DNA of 64,000 bases from Paraglaciecola sp. (lineage in GTDB: Bacteria > Pseudomonadota > Gammaproteobacteria > Enterobacterales > Alteromonadaceae). Below the pieces are notes generated by a model. It saw only the letters and a program-made list of their open reading frames with translations, ran no database searches and was not told the origin of the DNA. Position 1 is the first letter of the stretch. The number at the start of each line of letters is the position of its first letter. This document shows, piece by piece, positions 57,949-64,000 of the stretch. The DNA lies in assembly GCF_039943935.1 (NCBI RefSeq), contig NZ_JBDUZQ010000004.1, positions 36,657 through 100,656 of the forward strand, in the 5' to 3' direction. A program made the position numbers and the translations under genes.

Positions 57949-58932
57949 TTAGCTTCGCTTGGTTTCAACTTCGTTAACGTTATTAATGATTAGGTCACGC
58001 AACCATTTATGCCCTGAGTCTTGCTCAAAGTGTTTATGCCACAGCAATACATACGCACCAGATTCAAAATCGATAGGCATGGGTAAAGTGCGAAGCTTAA
58101 AATGTGACGCCATTTGGTTGGCATGCCTAGCAGGGGCACATAACACTAAGTCACTTTGTTCACATAGGCTCATTGCACAATAGAAATCAGGCATTTCTAT
58201 CGCAATATCGCGATATATATTCTGCTCTGTCAACACCTCATCTAACAACCATTGATCTAACCCGCCCATAATGACTTGGATATGCCTATAGTGTAAAAAA
58301 CTCTTTAAGTCCCAAGTTTCATTTAGTGCCGGGTGGTCTTCCCGTACTAAACATAAAGAGTGTTCACGTATTAACGTGGTCTGATTTAAGTCATCAGGAA
58401 TAAAACGCATATGCAGCGGCGAGCGTTGATCCAATTCGCGACATGCAATGCCTAAATCAATCTCACATTTGAGTAACTTATCAAGACTATGGGGCTCCCA
58501 TGTTTGTGTCAGTAATCTTATATTGGGGGCTGTAGACAATAAATTGGGCATGAAATGAGGGAAGGTCAAAGAATATGCCGTATTCAACAAATCGATGCGA
58601 AAGTTACGATCGCTCACTTCAGGTTCAAAGGCTTTTGGCCGTGTAAATTGGTCAAATTGGGATAGTAGTTGACGCAATTGAGGTAACAATTCGATGGCTC
58701 GAGGGGTAGGTTTTAAACCTTGGCCTGTGCGCTCAAACAATGGATCTTCAAATATATCTCGCAGTCGCGCAAGATGCTTGCTAACAGCTGACTGACTCAA
58801 ATTTAAACGCCTAGCAGCAGAAGTTACACTGTGTTCTTCAAACAAGGTGTTTAGAACATGTAATAGCTTTAAATCAAGATTTACCACAAATGTATATTCC
58901 ATTTTAGAATAGTTGCAATCACAAAAATTCAT
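57949..58932 (-). CDS. LysR family regulator
   Basis: LDLKLL...SVTSAARRLNLSQSAVSKHLARLR; divergent from the MFS gene. True start may be slightly downstream of 58932. Confidence 0.92.
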   Translation of the reverse strand: MNFCDCNYSKMEYTFVVNLDLKLLHVLNTLFEEHSVTSAARRLNLSQSAVSKHLARLRDIFEDPLFERTGQGLKPTPRAIELLPQLRQLLSQFDQFTRPKAFEPEVSDRNFRIDLLNTAYSLTFPHFMPNLLSTAPNIRLLTQTWEPHSLDKLLKCEIDLGIACRELDQRSPLHMRFIPDDLNQTTLIREHSLCLVREDHPALNETWDLKSFLHYRHIQVIMGGLDQWLLDEVLTEQNIYRDIAIEMPDFYCAMSLCEQSDLVLCAPARHANQMASHFKLRTLPMPIDFESGAYVLLWHKHFEQDSGHKWLRDLIINNVNEVETKRS

Positions 58933-59018
58933 TTTTACTCATAATGTTAATGCCATATACTTGCACTGTCTATAGTGGCAGCTTAATCTTCAGAGCAGTC
59001 CAATTTTCGGAGCAATGA

Positions 59019-60209
59019 ATGGCACGCACAAGCTTATTACCCCTATTGATATTGATGGTGTTATTCAGCCCCTTAGCGATTGATATATTTTTACCGGCGC
59101 TGCCGATTATGGCGCAAGATCTTTCAGTATCATTAGTCACCATGAGTTGGAGCGTGACCATTTTTCTACTGAGTTTGGGGCTTGGGCAATTAGTAACTGG
59201 CCCATTAGCTGACAAATACGGCCGAAAACCAGTAGCGCTAGCAGGTGTAGTTGTTTACGGCTTATCGTCAGCGCTCATTGTCATTGCATCCAGCATTGAG
59301 CTGGTACTCATTTCTCGTTTACTACAAGGATTCGGGGCTTGTGCCATTGTAGTCGCAGCCTTTGCGTGTGTTCGAGATCGTTACGATGCCATCCAAAGTG
59401 GTGTGATGTATAGCTACCTAAACGGCGCTATTTGCTGCATTCCGGCACTCGCACCACTTTTGGGTAACCTACTGACTGAATATTTTGGCTGGCGCAGTAA
59501 TTTTGAATTTATGGTTGGATACGCCGTTTTTGCAGGGCTAATAATTGCGTTTTTGTTAACTGAAACTCAGCTTAAAAAAACCGCGGCTGAAACAAAGTTA
59601 ATCAACATCAATGCCTATGCAGATATTGTAAAACACCCTGTGTTTTTGTTTAACGCGGTAGTTGTGATGTTAGCCATGGCAGTGATTATTGCTTATGTCA
59701 CGGCTGCACCGGGCTGGTTGATGGTGCACCTTGGGTTAGACAGAGAGGGCTTTGTGTTTTGGTTTAGTTTAAATGCGGTGTTAAATGTGGCTGCCAGTGT
59801 GCTAGCGCCAAAAGCATTACTCAAATGGGGACCTCGAATAACCATTGGTTTTGGTATGTTAGTGCTCGTTGTATCTGGGCTGTTAATGCTAGTGTTTTTG
59901 TCATGGCATCACCCCGCTGGTTTTATGTTACCCATAATGCTTAGTTCAGTAGGTTTTTCATTGATGATGGGGGCATGTGCTGGCCAAGCATTAGCTCCTT
60001 TTGGCGACAAAGCGGGTACTGCGTCGGCATTGTTGGGGTTTGCACAAATGAGCGGCGCATCTGTAATAGTTGGATTGTTACAACTAACTGGGCTCGATGC
60101 AGCACAACAGTTAATCGTATTAATGCTAAGTATCGTGCCTATGTATTGCTTATATAAAACACCGTCAATGAAGCAGAAAATTACCTTTAATGAGGAGGCT
60201 GTGACTTAA
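59019..60209 (+). CDS. Bcr/CflA-family MFS efflux transporter
   Basis: LAIDIFLPALP, GPLADKYGRKPV, RLLQGFG and LAPLLG; about 12 TMs. Confidence 0.92.
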   Translation: MARTSLLPLLILMVLFSPLAIDIFLPALPIMAQDLSVSLVTMSWSVTIFLLSLGLGQLVTGPLADKYGRKPVALAGVVVYGLSSALIVIASSIELVLISRLLQGFGACAIVVAAFACVRDRYDAIQSGVMYSYLNGAICCIPALAPLLGNLLTEYFGWRSNFEFMVGYAVFAGLIIAFLLTETQLKKTAAETKLININAYADIVKHPVFLFNAVVVMLAMAVIIAYVTAAPGWLMVHLGLDREGFVFWFSLNAVLNVAASVLAPKALLKWGPRITIGFGMLVLVVSGLLMLVFLSWHHPAGFMLPIMLSSVGFSLMMGACAGQALAPFGDKAGTASALLGFAQMSGASVIVGLLQLTGLDAAQQLIVLMLSIVPMYCLYKTPSMKQKITFNEEAVT

Positions 60210-60585
60210 TAATTTCTTTGGGTAGGTAACACCACATCAACGCAGTGTTGTAGATGGTCGTGCATACCATCTAGAAAAGGTCTCCTAGCAAATTCAAAAG
60301 ATTGAAATGTGTCATGATTGATAACTCAAGTTGAATTCAATTTAGTTTATTCGACCTTGAAGCGATTAGCTTTGTTTTTCATCATTGATTATAGGCCATG
60401 AAAACTGATGCTTCCTGACTAAATAGAGCGCTCTAACTTATAGTAAGTTGCTGTTTTGCTAATTTTTACTTTGGGTGTCACAATGAGCTTTAGTAGGTGC
60501 TTCCATAAAACTAGCGGAAGAACTAAGACTTAAATATGAGACAAGAAACCTTTAACGTCAGCCTAGTGACGGAGATTTATTCGCA

Positions 60586-61617
60586 GTGAACACTAACTCA
60601 ACACACCCTCTTGATGGTCTGCCCCATTTACCAGAAAAAAAACTCGATGAAGCCGGTAATCTATCGGCGGCTGACTTTACTTCTCCAACGCCATTTATAG
60701 TGCGGGGCATGGTGCGTGACTGGCCTTTAGTTCAAGCCGCACAGCAATCTTCTGATGCGCTTCGCTCTTACTTGCTCGGATTTTATAGTAATAAGCCTGT
60801 AATGGTGTCGAGCGGGCCACCCGAAAATCGCGGGCGAGTTTTCTATAAAGACGATATGTCTTTGAATATTAATATGCACAAAGCTGACTTACGTGAAATA
60901 TTCGAAAAAATTGCTGCGTCTGAAGATGATGTAGAGCAACTATGCTTATACGTGGCAGCCGCGCATGTTGATACTTATTTCCCAGAGTTGCTTAAGGCTA
61001 ATCCTATTGACCTTGGTGGGCAAACAGCTAATGGCTTTGCATGGATGGGCACACGCACACAGATTGCTCCTCACAATGACTCTACCTATAACTTAGCTTG
61101 TGTTGTTGGTGGACGCAGACGTTTTGTTGTATTTCCACCGGATCAGTTTCGGAACCTTTACCTTGGGCCCATCGATAATACGCCAGCTGGGCGAACTATC
61201 TCAATGGTGGATCTAAGTCAGCCCGATTTCAATAAATTCCCTCGTTTTAAACAGGCGCTAGAGGTTGCTCAAGTAGCAGATCTAGAACCGGGAGACGCGA
61301 TTTATATGCCGCCACTTTGGTGGCATCATGTAGATGGTTTAGAACCTTTCAATATGCTAGTTAATTTTTGGTGGCGAGTTTCTCCGAAACACCTTGGTTT
61401 GCCTGCTCCGGCTCTGGATCATGCCATTCTTGCTATAAGAGACCTCTCTCAAAATGAGAGAAAATACTGGCGTGACATGTTTGATTACTACGTGTTCGAT
61501 GCTACTGAAGACACCACAGCGCATATACCCCAAGACAAGCTAGGGCTACTAGGCTCGCTCACGCCTAAAACGGTGCAAACTATTCGTGCCAAGTTAAAAG
61601 GGTATTTTCAGCGCTAA
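60586..61617 (+). CDS. JmjC/cupin-like Fe(II)/2-oxoglutarate oxygenase
   Basis: HND (HxD), GRRRFVVFPP and LEPGDAIYMPPLWWHHV. Confidence 0.88.
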   Translation: MNTNSTHPLDGLPHLPEKKLDEAGNLSAADFTSPTPFIVRGMVRDWPLVQAAQQSSDALRSYLLGFYSNKPVMVSSGPPENRGRVFYKDDMSLNINMHKADLREIFEKIAASEDDVEQLCLYVAAAHVDTYFPELLKANPIDLGGQTANGFAWMGTRTQIAPHNDSTYNLACVVGGRRRFVVFPPDQFRNLYLGPIDNTPAGRTISMVDLSQPDFNKFPRFKQALEVAQVADLEPGDAIYMPPLWWHHVDGLEPFNMLVNFWWRVSPKHLGLPAPALDHAILAIRDLSQNERKYWRDMFDYYVFDATEDTTAHIPQDKLGLLGSLTPKTVQTIRAKLKGYFQR

Positions 61618-61643
61618 AAAGTTTATTTACTGTAAGGAAACAA

Positions 61644-62111
61644 ATGAAAAAAATTAAATTTATCGCTTACCTACTTGCCCCTTTAGTATTTTCTGTTAAT
61701 TCTGTGGCTGATGAGTTTTCTTTTGGGTTAGGGGCAGGGAGTTTGTACAGCGGATTAGGAGCTAATATCGCGATGCGCTCAGATACAGACTTAAAGTACC
61801 TGTCTGCTGGATGTATAAGCTATTCAGATAGAGGCGGCTCTTCTTGTGGAGTAGGTGCTGGTTGGGTGACAACAGACTTGTTTGATTTTCAAAATTCTCA
61901 GCATGGCCTTGGCGCTTATGTGGGAGTGGTAGGCACTGAAAGCACTATTTTTAGGAAGGATGAAGCTATCTACGGTGCCGGGTTCGGTTATCATTATTTT
62001 TTTAATGGTATTGGAATCTCTGGAGCTAACGCTGGCTTTTCTTTTGTGGTTGGTGATGCAAAATCAGGCACTCACACTGGGTTAATGGCTCAGATAGGTT
62101 ATCAATTCTAA
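61644..62111 (+). CDS. Small outer-membrane beta-barrel-like hypothetical protein
   Basis: Signal peptide, Gly/aromatic alternating strands and C-terminal GYQF. Confidence 0.7.
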   Translation: MKKIKFIAYLLAPLVFSVNSVADEFSFGLGAGSLYSGLGANIAMRSDTDLKYLSAGCISYSDRGGSSCGVGAGWVTTDLFDFQNSQHGLGAYVGVVGTESTIFRKDEAIYGAGFGYHYFFNGIGISGANAGFSFVVGDAKSGTHTGLMAQIGYQF

Positions 62112-62131
62112 TTAGTCATCAATTACCCCTA

Positions 62132-62395
62132 TTGATTATGCTTGTTGATAAGTTGCTGCTCATTTTAAATAACGATATTTTAAAAGGACGTTTGATGAAA
62201 GTAGAGAGTTTTATGAATATCATTTCAAACCTTGGTAAGGGGATATTAATGGGGGTCGGAATAGGAGCCTCTCTTTTTGGGGGGTTACTCATGGCAATTT
62301 CTTTCAACCAAAACCAATCGGTAAATATAGGTGGACTCGTTGCCATTTTAGTAGGAGTAAGTTGTTTGCTGATGGCATTAAAGGTTAAAGGTTAA
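62132..62395 (+). CDS. Small two-TM hypothetical protein
   Basis: Two hydrophobic helices; true start probably at a downstream Met. Confidence 0.5.
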   Translation: MIMLVDKLLLILNNDILKGRLMKVESFMNIISNLGKGILMGVGIGASLFGGLLMAISFNQNQSVNIGGLVAILVGVSCLLMALKVKG

Positions 62396-62474
62396 AGGTA
62401 AACCCCATAGTAACTGAACGTTTTATCTTAAGATAAACATGGTATGAAAATCGTCAACAAACTAAGAAGGTTAC

Positions 62475-62822
62475 ATGAACATGTTAATTTATACTGCTTC
62501 GCTGGTACTTTTATGTATTCTTGTGTTTTTTATTAGGCGATTAACATTCGAACCAAAACGTGTTTTTACGTTTTGTGACGAGACTGTTCATATTCGTAAA
62601 AACCCACATAAATTAAATCGCCATTTCTTGAGTAGTCATCCAGTAGTTGTTCAAAAAGCATCTATCGCACACATTCAATTGACGGATAATATAGTGACCT
62701 TATTTAATCAGGCTAGCCACGCAACAGACATTTGTGCACCAAGTGCTAAGTTTGCGTCTGAAGTGTTTGAGTATGCAAAGAAACATTTTGAGCAGGCTAA
62801 AATTATCGAAGTGACTCAATAA
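62475..62822 (+). CDS. Hypothetical protein with N-terminal TM anchor
   Basis: 115-aa ORF with RBS aagg and a hydrophobic N-terminus. Confidence 0.6.
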   Translation: MNMLIYTASLVLLCILVFFIRRLTFEPKRVFTFCDETVHIRKNPHKLNRHFLSSHPVVVQKASIAHIQLTDNIVTLFNQASHATDICAPSAKFASEVFEYAKKHFEQAKIIEVTQ

Positions 62823-62856
62823 TACCTGTCATAACTTTTTTAAAGCCTTACCTCGA

Positions 62857-63999
62857 CTAACCTAGCTGATTTGCCTTGCGATACGGCCCTTCGTAATCAA
62901 ATAACCTTTCGGTAACTTGCCAGTGATGTTTTTGTTTCTTGGCTATTACAAAGTCTGGGGCTGGCAGATAGGGTAAAAAGCGCTGTAGATCTTCCAGTGA
63001 CTCAAACTGAATCGATTGGGTGCCTTTGGCTAGCCTTCGGGCGAATAAGTCATTAAAGCTATGTCTCGATTTTTTAAAATTAAAGCGAAAGGTTTCTGAT
63101 AACGTCAGGCCGTCTTCATCGTGGTAGGTGATCTTCACTGTCTTGTCGGCATGATTGATTTTCGGGGTAATGGCGGCGCAGCGGAGTACTTTATTGTTTT
63201 TTAAGTTTAAGGCTTTGCGCAATATATCATCAGGGTCGATTAGCTTTTCATGACAGTGCTGGCATTGCCGTGCAGCAATGTCGTTTTCTTGGTTGCAATG
63301 GGGGCAGTGTTTAAAGCGAAAACGGTAGCTGCATTGCTTATCAAATATAGGGTTTTCAACGTCATCGAGGTTTTCTATGTTTTCGGCGTCTTCAATTAAA
63401 CCCTGGCATCGACGGCCAAAGTGCTCAAGTATATTCCCTTCAGAGTCTGTCCTGCCCCAAAATGTATTGGCAAAACCACATTGAGGGCAATGAATTTGTA
63501 CCGCAACTGAATCTTGGGCGGGCTTTTTTTCGCCTATTTCTGGTTGAAAAATATCGTAACCATTGTTGGTGTAATCTAATACTAAGCAGTCTTTTTTGCC
63601 TGGGCTTAGTCGTAAACCTCGACCAACAATTTGTTGAAATAGGCTGATAGATTCGGTGGGTCGTAAAATAGCTATTACATCTACGTGGGGCGCATCAAAG
63701 CCTGTAGTTAGAACAGATACATTCACTAAGTATTTAATTTGTTTGGCTTTAAAAGCGGTGATTAGCTCGTCTCGCTGTTTGATTTTTGTGGTGCCAGTTA
63801 TTAAGGCCGTTTGCTCTACTGGTAAATAACCACAAATTTCTTTGGCATGGTCTATGGTGGCGGCAAAAATCATGACACCTTGACGCTCTTTACTTAGCTG
63901 CAGTATTTGTTCGGTCACGGCTTGGGTGACCCGAGGATGTTTGTGAATCAGTTCGTTTAAAGCGACGTCATCGGTATTTTGTTCGCCATCTAAGCTTTC
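62857..63999 (-). CDS. radD: DNA repair helicase RadD/YejH, 5'-truncated by window edge
   Basis: Frame is open to the window end. FAATIDHA, NVSVLTTGFDAP, QIVGRGLR, and Zn-finger CPQC and CPHC...CQHC. Confidence 0.9.
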   Translation of the reverse strand, partial: ESLDGEQNTDDVALNELIHKHPRVTQAVTEQILQLSKERQGVMIFAATIDHAKEICGYLPVEQTALITGTTKIKQRDELITAFKAKQIKYLVNVSVLTTGFDAPHVDVIAILRPTESISLFQQIVGRGLRLSPGKKDCLVLDYTNNGYDIFQPEIGEKKPAQDSVAVQIHCPQCGFANTFWGRTDSEGNILEHFGRRCQGLIEDAENIENLDDVENPIFDKQCSYRFRFKHCPHCNQENDIAARQCQHCHEKLIDPDDILRKALNLKNNKVLRCAAITPKINHADKTVKITYHDEDGLTLSETFRFNFKKSRHSFNDLFARRLAKGTQSIQFESLEDLQRFLPYLPAPDFVIAKKQKHHWQVTERLFDYEGPYRKANQLG

Positions 64000-64000
64000 T

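Noticed and set aside
62379-62402. aaaggtt heptamer repeated about three times across a stop codon
   Set aside because: Too short to indicate phase variation or an element; compatible with chance or minor slippage.
40-63647. Numerous 60-150 aa ORFs antisense or out of frame to well-supported genes (e.g. 469..909, 14706..15089, 40049..40372, 57047..57370)
   Set aside because: Fully nested in genes with clear family motifs, and they lack RBS and recognisable domains.
1-64000. CRISPR array, rRNA, integron integrase or intact transposase
   Set aside because: No regularly spaced direct repeats, no rRNA-like sequence and no ORF with tyrosine-recombinase (R-H-x-x-R-H/Y) or DDE/HUH transposase motifs in the six-frame track.

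Overview
Chromosomal segment of an AT-rich marine gammaproteobacterium; gene content and style suggest Alteromonadaceae (Paraglaciecola/Alteromonas-like), which is an inference. Most of the window is housekeeping or ordinary accessory genes: a GT4-psd-Mpo1-like lipid cluster, nasR, an M14 peptidase, cdd, nlpI, nadA, a diguanylate cyclase, tRNA-Ser(GGA), an MdlAB-like ABC exporter, thiI, an ECF sigma pair, pagL-like, mlaC, mtfA, sbcDC, folX-folE-folM, an MFS transporter and a partial radD. Three things stand out. (1) Downstream of tRNA-Ser is a defence-island-like block: an HNH nuclease followed by a translationally coupled operon of UvrD-like SF1 helicase, DarT1-like DNA ADP-ribosyltransferase and a DraG/ARH-family ADP-ribosylglycohydrolase. 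The hydrolase occupies the position of the usual NADAR or macrodomain DarG antitoxin; this is the best candidate for an undescribed anti-phage system. Two tandem secreted DUF952 proteins and a NERD nuclease lie nearby. (2) Two, possibly three, integrase-less clusters of attC-like sites with cassette-like genes (about 4.2-7.6 kb including higBA, about 53.5-55.6 kb, and weak relics at 34.9-35.4 kb) sit beside GTAG-type REP-like and multi-hairpin repeats. (3) A 1229-aa surface protein has the domain order of animal CLCA metalloproteases plus Ig-like repeats and a GlyGly-CTERM tail. No CRISPR array, rRNA, integrase or intact transposase was found. All family calls come from motif recognition by eye; no searches were run.
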